Shown: in pieces, positions 1 to 13,700 of the stretch
Numbering within the stretch: position 1 is the stretch's first letter
Layout: every line of letters starts with the position of its first letter
Assembly (NCBI GenBank): GCA_965285935.1
Contig: OZ260661.1
Span: 94,054,001 to 94,118,000, forward strand
Reading direction: 5' to 3'
DNA from: Ophelia neglecta
Lineage: Eukaryota
DNA length: 64,000 nt
The notes under the pieces: generated by a model
The model's input: the letters and a program-made list of their open reading frames with translations, nothing else
The model's database searches: none
Told to the model about the DNA's origin: nothing
Made by a program: the position numbers and the translations under genes

Positions 1-1636
1 AAGTGGGGGAGAGGTGCATCGTGGGATGGATTTCCAAAACCACTCATCAAGATTTCAAACCCCCTGCTAAATTATTGAGATTAGGAGAAGATCCAGCTCA
101 AAAGGAAATATATGGAAACTCCATTTGCAAGGCAGATGGTATGGTCTTAATATCATAAGTGATGATATTCTATTCTAGGTTACCAAACAATGGGACATTG
201 ACAGGGGTCAAATCAATGTGTTAATGTGATATTTTGTATACATGTGTTAGTGTTTTGCATCTGTGTAAAAATGTATCATATAAAATCGCAGGATTTAATT
301 CCATTGAGGCCCTGACCTGGTGCATGTTATCAAGAGAGTGCCTTTTTTAAGGTGGACAAAGAACCTTGTAATAATATCTGGTCTTAGTGTAATGGTCTAT
401 AGTGTCGCCATTAAATGTTCCAATTAAATGATAATCTATTGTGCCCAGGATCATAGCATGGTATGTGTGAACAAACAGATATTTCTGTGGTGAAAATGGA
501 CATATGTGATTTGAATAGCGACAGATTTTGAGGGAACTTCGCCCAGACATACGATCTTATGATTTGAACAACTCTGGCACCAGTAATTCCGGATCGGGTT
601 TCGAGTGCTATTTATCCCAACGAAGCTAGCCTTTTTGCGCTTGAGATTTTTGAATGACAATTAGTGTGCTGAGCAGCTTAGGGTCTCCAATTCCCCATCA
701 TGCATATGAGGTTGTTGGTTGATACGGCTCTAACAATAGAGCATTAGGATATTATTATAGCATTATGGTGGTTTCTCTTTCATTATACTCACTTCACCAT
801 TCAATTATAGTAGATTACTTCTTTTTCTTGTTAGGTCGGTTTGTAGTGTGTGGTTCTCTTTCTCTCTTTCTCTTCTAGTAGTACCCTCTCTCTATCTCTT
901 TGCTGTTATTTACGACTCCATCATGAAAATTTTGTCAACTTTTGGCCACTGCGTTTCAATAAAATCAAAATTATCCGTCAAAATTGTTATCACCCAACTT
1001 TACTGACCCTCCCTCACTGTCCTAGTCTGTGGATTGTTTCATATTGTATTAAATTTTAACTAACTGTATCATTTGTGTGACAATAACACCTTGTCTGCAT
1101 TACCATCTAAGAATATGGCATGGTCAATCTTGGCGATCGTATTATCGCCCAGAAACTAGTCTCACGCGCCACTTTCTTGTGTATTCTCCCATAGGGGGAT
1201 TCAGGCCAACTTCTTACTGCACTATGACTAAATGAGTCAGAAGGGCCACGAATGTCTGCAGTCACTCCTACTACTACTAATGTACGTGGTAATCTTTCCT
1301 TTCCTCCAAATCTCACTCACCAAGTCTCTTTCATTGACTCGCAGTTTGTCAACAAAAAAACCTAAGACTAACAGACGTTTTTCGGTTTGCCAAATGAAAC
1401 AAAATTTTATCATTCAAATTTTTCTCGAGTTGAACATTAAGGTTTTCAATCATCTAATTCTCATCTGTACCTCTCTTCTGTAGACATAATTTAGTGAGAA
1501 TAGATACCTTTAGTGCCTGTCTAGCCTAGATTCTCTCTAAAGCCTATAGTAAATGTCTCCCACTCTTGTCACCTTCTGACTATTACAGCCTTCCCATAAC
1601 CTAATAAACTGACCATCTTGTTTTATGTTCTTTCAG

Positions 1637-1778
1637 AGGCCCCCTTCTTCAGGAAACCTATCGACAACATTTAATCAGCCGGATGATGCGCAATCTACTC
1701 GTTCTGGGGACACGCCAGGGCCCAATAGCCAATCAAATCCCAACTCTCACAGTGTTGGTGACAATAACAGTGAAGCAG
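1637..1778 (+). CDS. Meis: Meis/homothorax internal coding exon (linker between HM domain and homeodomain): RPPSSGNLSTTFNQPDDAQSTRSGDTPGPNSQSNPNSHSVGDNNSEA(G)
   Basis: Acceptor ttttatgttctttcag (AG 1635-1636) with CTGAC branch-like motif at 1609-1613, and donor G|gtaggt at 1779. The peptide resembles the Meis1 DDTASTRSGGTPGP...SHSGDNSSEQG segment. Its phase-1 end joins the 40198 exon in frame (G+GC = Gly). Confidence 0.9.
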
Positions 1779-4700
1779 GTAGGTTGTCCATGTCAGTGAC
1801 ATCACTGTGCCATTGCTGACATCAGGCATATTTGATGAGCTCATCACATGTCTTGGAAATCAATAAGACAATGATGAAAACTCAGATTATCATATAATCG
1901 TTTGTGTAAACCTTCCTTGAAGACTTCAGTGCAATTTCTGGATAAAATGCTCACTAAAAATAAGCGACAGCAGTTCAAGGATTTAACAGGAGTTGGCCAG
2001 TGCTTGAGTTGTTATCCAGCCTGCAATGTGGGAGGCATTATCCCTCCGATATGCACATGTCCACTCCTGGCTTCACCCTTGCCCTCCCCTTTTTGTAATA
2101 TTTTAAACTTAAGAGAACACTCATAGAGAAATTTGAAAGAGTTGTTCGATCTGTCTTGCATAAGGCCTAGATTTCTTTTGGCCTAGCTTTGCCACATGTT
2201 ACATTCGTGCTGCTAGTGTAGGAGTCAGCAGGGCAAGGCCAACTTAAAACTGTTTGTTGTTTGCTGTATATTATTTTAGATATATATACATGTACATGTA
2301 TATCTGTCAAGTTCACCCGGGATGTCTGGCTAGCCAATCAGGTAGAACATGAGGCCACATATCACCCAGCGTGAGGGTGAGAACAGGTGTGGGCTTGTGT
2401 ACATTGAGAATGCTCAGGCTCCCCCCCCCCCCCCCCCATCACAGTCTGAGCTGCGTGTGGACAGCCGCCCAACTTCTTTCAAGTCCTGGAACTGACCCCC
2501 ATTTTTGGCATGTTATTAATCAGATTGTCTAAAAAGTCAGTAAAAACATTCCTTGCAATTTTGAATTCATAATACAGTCATTAATTTCTCTGCATCTTTC
2601 TACTTGTGTGTCCGGATGAAAACCCTAGATGTCGCTAATTTTAGCCTACTTTAAAACTATAAGTAGTTAACACTGATATGTCCCCGTTCTGTGTGGGTCA
2701 ATCAGAAGTTAGTTCAGTCACATTGTCATCAATTAATGTATTGTTAGCTTTAAGTGAAGCATAGATGGTTAAAGTATTTTTTATTTTGAAATGTGTTAAA
2801 GTGTTTGCTGATACTAAGTTGATGACAAACAGAAATGATAAATAGTCTTCTTAACCCCTGATAATGCAGTGCAAGTGCTTTCCAAATTTCTCCGGGCACT
2901 ATTTATTTAATCTAAAGATGCTGTCACATGAAGTATGTTTGGGGACTATGTGTTAAGCTCTGATATGATATGGGTGAGAATATGATACTAGCGGATCTAT
3001 GGTTTTTTAAACGGATCTTAGATTTTTAAAACGGGGAAGTCCATAGTGATGATGAGTATGTGGGATGGGAGTCTCCGCCCAGATAGGAGGCTTGGGGTTC
3101 AGCCTGGGGGAGGCCCCCATCTCCCCCACCCCCTGGAGTCCATATGGAGAAACCAGAATGGGGGGGGGGGGGGGAGGGCTTGGGTGACCTAGTCTAGATC
3201 AACAAGTATATGGTAAAGTTACATTGTCAACAACTAGTATGTTTACAATTTTGAGATTGATGGCCAATGTGACTTTTTTACCTGTCAGAGCTGATGTGAA
3301 CACTCTACTTGGGCTGTATACAATTGCTCAGCTGCTAGTATTGGCCTTTCTGCTGAGATACAAGCTCAATCATATCTCAATCTCATTGTAGCCCAGTCTT
3401 CTACAGCTGAGACACCCAGGCACCAGGCTTCATACATCAGTCACCACCACACAATGTTGCGTCACTGTCATATTATAATTTTCAAATACATCAATTTGAA
3501 AATCAATTGCGCCTATTCTGTCAGTTTCCAAGTCTTTCAGGCCTCAGTTGTTGCCCAGTTGAAGTGGCCTAGTTTCACAAAAGGTTGCATGCCCATTGAA
3601 TTTCACCTTTATTTAATGATCGACTTAGAGGCTGGATGGGCTATTGTCGAAGGGTAATTATTGTCTTAGGTGTCTAAGACTGAGATCATGGTAGTTACAG
3701 TGTGCCTTTGTTTTGTGCCTTCTGTTTTTGTTGCAACAATGGACATTACAGTGCAGCCTGTTATGCTAATGACTTTTCATTTACCTTGAAGGGTAGGCCC
3801 TATTACAGGTAGAGCGGCTGAGAGTGCAATATAGTGTTAAACCCATCCAAGGCGAAATTTCTACGCCAATGTATTTAAATGGTGTAATTTCTATGCTGCA
3901 GAGATAATCCACTGTCCTAGATAGTCATACTAATTACCTGTATTACCAGGATTAGCCAGAACATGCTGCTGATTATAGCAAGTCCATAAATTTATTTTGG
4001 CTAATTTAGGGTCGAGGATTAGAAGGCAGATTATTTCTAGTGACTCTCAGAGGAGACACAGATATTACAAATACTTATATATATGAACTGGTTGTAGCAG
4101 GCCTGAGTAGGAAGTTTGCAATGCTTGAGGCAGCCGCACAAAGTCGAGAGGGTCAAATTTCACTGTACACAAGATTATGATCTTAAAAGCATAGTCTAGT
4201 ACAATATGGGAAGGTATGTGGACTCGGTATGTTTGTTGATTATCAGCCTATTTCAGCGGTAGACCCATAGATAAACAGACATGATCCCAAACGGCATGCA
4301 TAATATCAGTCAGATTTGCGGGGCGACATTTTAGGGTCTGATTCAATTGCTTGACAGTGGAAAACAGTTGCCAGAAATAGACTTAATTTGGTCATCGTTT
4401 CACCAATTGCTGTGAAATTGCTGTCACAACAGTACCTTGCGTCGGTGTGTGCCCTCCGTCGGTGTGTGATGTCGGGGAGAGAGGAAATTGATGAGCGTTT
4501 AGCAGAGGATATTCAGAATAGCCCTGTCTGTCACTGTGTCTGCCAAATATAAACCTTATCTTAACATGTACAGAATGTGCCAGGTCATGAATGCGACAGC
4601 CTTTTTTATCCCGTTCACAGCACTTCAGATAAGAATTGAGGTCAGTTGTCTGCTGTTAGGTCAGCGAGACTACTAGTAGTGTACCCATGTCTGACAGAGA

Positions 4701-7700
4701 AACTCCCGTTCAGAGGGACAGAGGGACTTGGCTAACTTTTATTATCTGTTTTATGGTAAAATAGAGACCCATAAGTTTCTCAGTTGTATAAGGTCATAAT
4801 TCTCTCAATAGGGGGACCTTCCAATAAAACTACCGTGCTGGGGACTGGTTGTAGGACAAAAAACGTGGAGAAATCACAACAAGCACCATCTTGGATAATG
4901 AAACAAAAATCTAACGAGCTCAACCAATGACTTTGTGGCTGGACGATTTCCTCTGTGATGAAATCGCGAAAGATTTGACATTGTTGCAAAATGTCACTGC
5001 TTCTTTATGATCCCCAATAGCTGGATTGAAGCTGCAATAAAACTAACCATTATATCCCAGAAACAGAGTTTAATGAATATAAATGTGCCTTCATAAACAT
5101 TAAGGAATCAGAGATTGCCTGGATAAAGGTGGTGCCTGCCTAAGACCCAGTCCTAATACAATCTGATCGGCTGAATTACCAATTGTTCTTCAAGTCAGAC
5201 GAGTTAATGTAAAAATCATACAATATCAGATAGCTCAGGGTTATTGTTTTGGCTGTGATTCGCCAGCGATTATTGCCAAGTGCTTCGTGTTTAATTTGCG
5301 TAGGATTGTCCTGTATTCATGATAATGAGAGTTCTTGGATTAACAACTGGGGGGCCTATAAAGATTGCAATCAGCTGCCAGACATGCCGGTTTTTGCCCA
5401 TAACAATAATATCTGTGCTTTTTAGTTTATTCCCCCCCCCCCCCTCTATTCTGCCTGTGAAGCACCAGTTGGCGAGAATACTAAGCCTGACCGGATGGCA
5501 GTGGAGACTCGCTGGGCCTCACACTGTTTGACTGCGTATAGGATTCCGTTATAATAAATTCAAAGATGTAACCTGAAGCTCAGTAACATTGTCGGTGAAT
5601 AGAATTTTTTCGATTATTCCCTAAGTTGGCGTAATGAATCACTGGATAAGGCCTGTGGAGTCAGGGAGAGAGTGACTCCAGTTTTCACTGCCAGTGTTTT
5701 CACTCACGGCATATGGCCACATCATAATCTGCTGTAAGAGGAAGCGTTGTGCATTTGCCTTTTCCTGCCTCCCTTCAGGTGTTTCCAGAGAGCGCCTACT
5801 GGGGTAATTAGCTCCTTGTACATAATGCAGGGCTCTCCCCTGCCTGGCTGCATCATTATCCACTATCATCATTTAGGCTAACTATGTGGCTTTTGCCTGC
5901 ACATTATGCAATATAGCAATACAAGGGAGTTATGCAGTGTTGATTTCCAGGTTGGCTCTTCAGGTTTAAATGCTGGCTGGGTGTTTACAAGCCAGCGGGA
6001 TATTGTAGTGGTTGACAGGGGGGGGGGGCGATGGCTACCCCTCTCCCCCCCCCCCCCCATGGTTCTGACCCTGACTCTCCTCTCCACCCTTTATTGGAGT
6101 GTAATGTGGCGGGGAGTTGAAGTGAGTAGAGGCCGGGAGTGCCCGTTAATGGCAGGCAGATTGTGGCGGCCTATTGGCGCGGCCATTCACTATGGCCAAC
6201 CAAGTGAGCACCTACTACTCGGCAGGGGAACGGCTCTATTCTTAATTTTCGCTTCATCACGCTGCTCTGATTATAAATTTTTGTTTGATTGGATAATTTT
6301 CAAAGGAAGCAAACATCTCCTGGTGGCCTGTTATTTGCCATGGGGGTCAGGACCCCGTTATGGCTGTACCAATGCCAAGCACGCTCCCGCCTGCACCCCA
6401 TATGCCAGCCAACGAGGTGCCCCAAACATGAAACAAGAGTCATTTTGTGCCTATTTGAGGCTCTGCAGCCTTCACAGAAGTGAAATGAAAAGCTCGAATC
6501 ACCGGCAATCCATTTATTTTAGCCGGTGTTGGTGTGGCCGCCTGATGTTGTGCACGAGGGGCAGGCCTGATGTGAGTATTGATAATCAATGGGAGCCATG
6601 TTCTGGGTCCATGGGTCTCGGGGCAGGTTGGGTACTGGTACAGCCAGCCAGGAAGTACCCACCGCACATCCCCCCCCCCCTCTACCATGTCTGCCTGCCT
6701 CCTCAAACCTACCTTCAAACAGGTTACACAACCAACCATCAGCTTTGGATGGTGTTCAGCTTCTTTAACTATTAGGCCCTTATTAGTCAAATTTGACCAT
6801 GGAGAATCTGAAACTAATATTTCAATATTTGCTGATGTGTAAACTGAAGACTACTCAATTTTTTGTGAGCCTTTATTCAGTTATTATTTACAAATAGTTT
6901 TCAAACAAACTATAGACACTTGTTTATGGGACTTCAACTCGCATCACTCCCATCTATAGGCAAATCAAAATAATTGCTGACTACTAATTCTTAATATGAT
7001 TCCTAGATCCGCCCCCTCAACACAAATGTTTCCACCACAATAATTCCATATTTTCGCATCATTGCTCATACACTTGCACAGGGCATTATTCTGATGCAAT
7101 CTGGAGCCAATCAAATGCTGGATGGACGTGGGTAGCTGCGGCTATGGCCATCTCTCGGGAGACAATAACCTAGGTGCCGAGCATGGGTTTAAAAGGAATG
7201 CTAGACGGCCGTTTTATTGGCGTGTGTGATGATGATGATTGTGATGATCGCGCCGGACACTGATTTGACAGTTGCCAGTTATTGAGGCGTGTTATGTAAC
7301 ATAGACAAACAAGGCTCTCACGCTAGCACTATGCTGTCCAGCCCTAACCTCACGACTGTTCACCGACCATTTCCCCTTTGTATCCCCCCACCATTGTCCC
7401 TCCCAGTTGACTCTCAAACGGAGAATTTCCTCATTGACCGGTCTTTGTTATTGCCTGCAGTGATGACCCTTAGTTACCCAGAGCATCTCTATGCTCTGTC
7501 ACACTGCTGGTGTTTTATTCCTCAGTGATTGGGGTTACATAAGTTGGGATATGCCCAAGGCGAAGCACATAAAAGCGCAGTGTGGGCCTGGTTTGTATGA
7601 TGTTTAAAGCTATTAAGCCCTCTGGTGCAGGGATAATTTAATTCAGGGAAAATTGTAAGGCAGCTTTAAAGGTTTTCATATAATCAGATAATGACGATTT

Positions 7701-10700
7701 TGCTTTCTACAGTAGTGGTCATTTACATGAGCTTGCATAAGGAATGCAAAGTGATGAGAATAATGATCTACACAAGCCTCTAGAGGGAGGCACACAGTAA
7801 CAGCCGATACTCACCACAGATTTGCAATTTATCTGCCGCCGGCTTTCTTCACATTATTTCACAAACAGATTATGGTTTCGTATTATCGGGTTATTAAGAT
7901 GCGATTTCCAGATGCTGGAAAAACATTCGTAAACAATGCGAGGAATCCACAGTCCAATTGCATTGGTGTAAAGCAATTTAGAGACAATTTGATAATTCCT
8001 TTGTCTGAAGATGCCATTTTCTGCTAGTACCCCAGGGTGATTAATGTATTTTTAATATCATTATCCACTTGCGATTGGACCTCAAACAAGAAAAATTGTC
8101 CTGATACCGTCTAGAAGGCGATTGCTCTTTTTTTGTGCAGAAAAATGTGGCTTAGCAATTGGACGAAGAGTTCCATATTGATTTTCTAATAATAGATTAT
8201 ATTGGATTGGGTTATGTTTCGCCCAGATTCAATAAATAGCATTTTTGACCAAACTTCTGTGGAGATGAATCTTGGGATAACCAATTTTAAGTAAATTTCA
8301 TTGGAGTGGATGTATTAGGAAGATACTTGAATATTCATAGTGGCTCTATGGCCAGAAGCAGGGATGGTTTTAATGTGTGGGATGGTGTGCAGTGACCGGT
8401 ATTGCTGTACATTGCTGGTTCGGACGGAGCAGCGTTCCACGAGGCAGGCGTCCATGATGGCTGTTGGGGAGGTGTCTGTCACTAGCTGTGCGATGTGCCG
8501 CTATCCTTGGCCACTATCGGCCCATTTCAATTGTCATGCGCTGATCCCATCAAAAATTGATGGTTTTTGTCTGCTGCGTGGCAAGGACCCCAAAACATCT
8601 CACACTTGGCATTGTCCTACCAATATCCTGATTGGCAGTGATGCATTTAGGTCTGTTTTAGCTCATTAATATTCCACCATTTTAAAAGCAAAAACAGTGT
8701 GGATGGCTGCATATGAATTTTTTATAGTATACACCTCTTAATGGACATCGAGGGCCTATTGATGTCTGCCAAACTTCATCAATTCGCTCAAGTATTCCCC
8801 AATGTATGTGCATCATTTATACATTATGGAAAAACAAAACCTAGCCAGTGTTTATGCCTTGTATCCAACACTTAAAAGGGTCAGTTGGTGGCCATTTTTG
8901 CCAAGGCCCTGAGTTAAATTATCAATTAAATATTTTGTCATTCAAATTTGCCAGCCATTAACAGTCGTGGCAGGTAAGAAAGCCATTTATTGGACTCGCC
9001 TTGGAGCGCCCGACGTGGTATGGGGCTGTGAAATCGACGTGAAATCCACCTTGTGTCGTTAGCCAAGCTTTGATCAGAGCCAATGGCTGATTGATATGGA
9101 GGTGATGATGCTGCTAATAAACATGTCAGCCAAGCATAAATCCAACCAACTGGCAGAACCAGGAAGCCTGCATTCAGTTTTAAGCAAATACATGTAAAAA
9201 TGCCACACGAATCTGCCATTCCTGTCCTACGCACGGTTATACCGTACAATCTTTATCTTCTGATTGACACGTTCACCCCATCCCCCCCCCCCCCCCCCCC
9301 GCCCCCCAGTATTGACCAACATAATATATGACTGGCAATGGGCCCTTGCTAATGGCTGATGATATCAAGCAATAGCCCCTATTGTAGGTCAAAATGGAGT
9401 GCTATGAATTATGGTGATTGCCAGTGTAATCTGTACATATTGTAATCAGATGGGGCGACAGAAGTAAAACGTTGTCAGCTTGAAGGCAATATATGTCAGA
9501 GATTGGTGTAAGGATTGATGTAGAGATGTTTAGACCATCCATTTTGAGATATAATGCTTGGGCAGGTGAGGGCCAGTTACCTGGAGTAAATCTTCATGGA
9601 GCACTTCTCACCACCAACAGATGATGGTTATTTATGATTATTTACATTGTCAATACTCCCTTATCCCCCCTCTAAAACCCAGCAGTACCTGTTCTGTGTA
9701 AAGGTGTGAGTCTGTAGCCTGACAAGGGGCCCCAATTCATTATGTGCTAACTAATGGCTCGGGTAGTAAATCTCTCATTTCCACGAGTGTCAGACGTCTA
9801 GTTTATGGACTTGTTTCCTTGTCGCCTTCTTCACCAACCATCTGGTCGCAACAGGCTAAAAACACAGTAAAATAATTAAATTCGATCAGCACAATAGCAG
9901 CACACCATGATTGCAGCAGATAAAGATATTCAAGATTGTTGCAGGTTTAAACCGTAAATCATGTCAACTAAAAACTGAGCTGTTGCACTGTTTCCATTGT
10001 CAGCCACGTTGACGGCTGCATATGTTTGCGATGCTTCCACCAATGCGTCACTTTATTCTCTTTGGAATAATTTGAGGTAATCAAGCTGGAATAACGCATC
10101 AAAGGCTTTTTCTAGTGATGTGCAAAGAAATAGTGTCTTTGCTAATAGCCCTCCATTGCCTCTGGAGCAGCTGTTGTGCTGCTCATTCGACTGAATATAA
10201 TAACACATTGTATCACAGGACAAGTGCTGCACAGGCCTGGGGTCCAAAGTGACTTGGGCTGGATTCCGAATGGAAATTTGATATTTTCTATCAATGCTGT
10301 CACGTCAGGTTACGTTGATAAACTATAATTATGCAACTCAAAAACTCAGCACTTATCTTCAACGAACAAGGCCTGCTTATGAAATAAGCACGTTCCGGCT
10401 ACATTCAGGCTTTGGTAATGATTGATCAAGATAAAGACGCTGGTTTTTCGGTACTGTTTTTACAAGAATTAATGGTGTCATTGAGTGATCAATTGAATGT
10501 TTCAACCATTTTCAGATGGGAAGACGATTAATCAGTCCTATGTTCTATGTGTAGAAAATGCCCTTCTCAAGGCCCAAGGCCACAACTTGATGATTTTTCC
10601 GTTGTGCCAACCCACTAAACAATGACTTCACAAACGAGAGATAAGCGTAATGACTGACAAAAGCGCCACCTATACAAATATGTTATTGCACATTGATTAA

Positions 10701-13700
10701 TCGCCAGATATGCGGATAAAACTGTACATATTGCCGGCAGCTAACTTATATGCTAAAACTGTTACAGGGCTTATAACACTATAGGGATTCATCAGTTGAT
10801 TCATTTTGTAAAATTCATTTATCGCTGTAAGTCTCCTAATTCTTTTTCCTCTGTTGACAATCTGTCTGTATTTATACCTTGTGCAACCACATATGGCCAT
10901 ATTAGGAGCAGAATCAACTCATTATGAAAATCAAATTTTCCCGTCGATAGTTTGACAATTTAGGGAGCGGTGATGAGGTAACCGCATTGCTCCAATTCTG
11001 GCAAATTCTGCAATTGTGAAATTTGCCAAATTTGATTGTGATTCAGTTATCTAAGATGCAATTTTCCGGAGCAAAAATCCAGCTGGCAATATTCAATTTG
11101 CCACAATTAGGAGTGTGAGGCATTGATCTCTGCCCGGTAGCCAGGGCAAGGGTGTCGGATTCTGGGCTTACAGGACAAGAACCAAAATCTACAGTTTGCT
11201 TCCTAACAATTTAGTCAGGCAGCTATGCTTAGCCATTAGGTACCCAAAAAACTCTCTATTGTCTCCTGAGTAGGGGTGTTTTGTTGGTTGGGGATGGTTC
11301 TCTGTGGTATTTGTAAATTGGTCGTCTAGCAGGCAGCATATAAGGAGAAATCTAAGGTGTGATGCCTTGTGGCCGGCAGTGAGAGAGAGCATACTGGTTG
11401 GGTAGGTGATGGCATTCAAAAGTCTTCAGCTCATGCTTAAAGGGTACATTCTCAGAGAGAGAAGGTAGACCTTACAAATAATGCTTAATACATGCATTAA
11501 TGTGTAAATGAGCTGGGATATAAGGCTTAGGGAAGCACCATGAGATAACTGGGAAGGGGGATGGCTAAAAGATTTTTTAGAGAAAAAAAAAGTCTGTCAT
11601 ATTTGCCACAAAAAAAGTTTTCTTTCACAACTTCTGAAAAAAAATTGGTAAAAAAATGCTTTTTCAAGACACATTTTGAAAATAATTGCATGTTAACGAT
11701 AAAATGGGAAGAAAAAAGTTTGTTCAGTCCCTTAGTAGCCTCAGATTATAGCACCTCGAGCTGTAGATCTGCTGCTAACCTTGAGCACCCAACTCTTACC
11801 CTACAACCCTGTCGAACTTTCAAACAAATTAAAATTTATGATGGTGGTCTGCAGTTTATCGGTGGGTCTGTGGTGTAGGGTGGCCGTCTGAGGCTGGCAA
11901 AGCTCTAGCGGGGCGATCACGAGCCCTGACCTCTGACCTCACTTCTGAACTGTGTACGCTGACACCCTAAATGGTGTGTTAGAAAGGCTACATTGACAGG
12001 ATGCATACGTTTGTGATCTGATGGCTCTTTGTAGGGGTGAAGATTTCTTTATACCTGCTGACATGGATAGCCCAGCTCTGCTTTTCAGCTGTCAGATATA
12101 GCTGGGAGGTTAAAGGTCAAACACCAAATCACACTGATCCTTTCTAAAAACTTCGTTTACCTCTAAACATGATTAAAGCCAGTTGAAGCATCTCAGAGTT
12201 AAGGTATTTCACCTTTTGAATTCCCAGGACATATTTATGTTGAAGTGTAAATTTGATATGAAAGTAACAATTTGACTTTTATTTGCTGATCTCGTATCAT
12301 GTGCATACCCACAGCCTAATGCATTGTAGGCAAATCAATTTAAGTTATTTTCTGATTTGCTTTTTATCCCTGGCGAAGTCTGTCGCCGTTCTAGCATTGA
12401 TTCAGACTGTTTTCTTAGCTGTGCTTATCAGGACAGCACCAGAGAATCAATGACTCGGCAGAATTGAAGAAAATCTTCTTTCCCCAGTTGATGTATAGTA
12501 ATGGGGAGATTGTTAATTCCGCGACTAAGCTTCGAGCTCTGTCTAGGATTTGTGGAGGCAATGGACCGTGAGGCCTCATTCTACATTGTGAGAAGTATAT
12601 ATTATGTTGAATGATGTATTATCTGCAAAAGAACCTTGAGTATAATGAAATATATATAATTAACTATCTCTTGTGGCTTGGAATCCATATTTTAACATCA
12701 TTCTTTATTAATTGTATGTTTTACATGTACAATTGATGCTGTAGGCTAATTTCAGTTTCATTACAGTGTGGTGTGTTTAGGAGTTTCAGTGTGTGAGCTC
12801 TTGTCCTGAACGGTTAAAAGTCTGCATTTCACTTTGTTTACTAGCTATGTTATTGATTAAGAGGAAGGCAGTCTTCCCACAGTTAACATTGTATTTTGAT
12901 ATTAGGGCATACAGACACTAATGAACTTGTAATCAGTTTGTCTGGGCACAGCTGTGTGGGGATAAAACGCTGCTCTCGCTGCTCAGCGATGTGCATTTCT
13001 AGGTCAAGGCAAAGGTCATTATACTCATAAAGCCTGTTCCGTAGGATGCTTCCTAGTTACATGTACTTTATATAAGTCCCAAGGTAAAATGATGTGATCT
13101 GCAATCTCTGAAAATGGCTTGCAGACAATGTAAGAAGCCATTCAGTTAGAATGAGGGTGGTATCTGATCAGAGAGCCCCTGATACACATGTCACTAGCAT
13201 CTGACATGAACCACCAGCCATTCTGGAGAGCCTGGCCACCGACTCCTGCCTCTCACCACCAGCTCTGCTCACTTCCTCAATTGGCTTTAATTCTGTGCCA
13301 GAAGCCTGAAAGGTCACTGGTGATCAATTAAAATCAGCTCTGGAGCCATTCACTGTCACTCCCTGCTATATGTCAATGCCGCCAGTACTCTGCAAGGAGA
13401 GGAGGAAAAGTGGGACAGGGGTAGTTACTGTGGGCGTGATTAAGTATATGAATACTTGGGAGTTTAACAAGGATCAGTTTTGCCCACTTGCTATGTTCAC
13501 ATTGACTTTGCCTCCTCGTGAGCAGGACCGCTGTGCCTGGGATGACAACTGGCGAGGGCACAGCCGCTAAATGTATCATATTTGTGTTGTAATATATATA
13601 AACAAAACACAGGGTGATATTTTAACCCAAAGAGAGGTATTCCCCCTTGAAATTTTGCCTTAATGATTGCATGCGGTGGTGAGATGTTCCGCTGGCACGA

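Noticed and set aside
1625-1819. ATG at 1625 as a start codon
   Set aside because: It lies in the polypyrimidine tract of the 1637 acceptor; the exon is internal.
5906-6775. Longest ORF in the track (289 aa)
   Set aside because: No recognisable domain, C/W-rich random-like composition, and it runs through G/C homopolymers; most likely a chance ORF in an intron.
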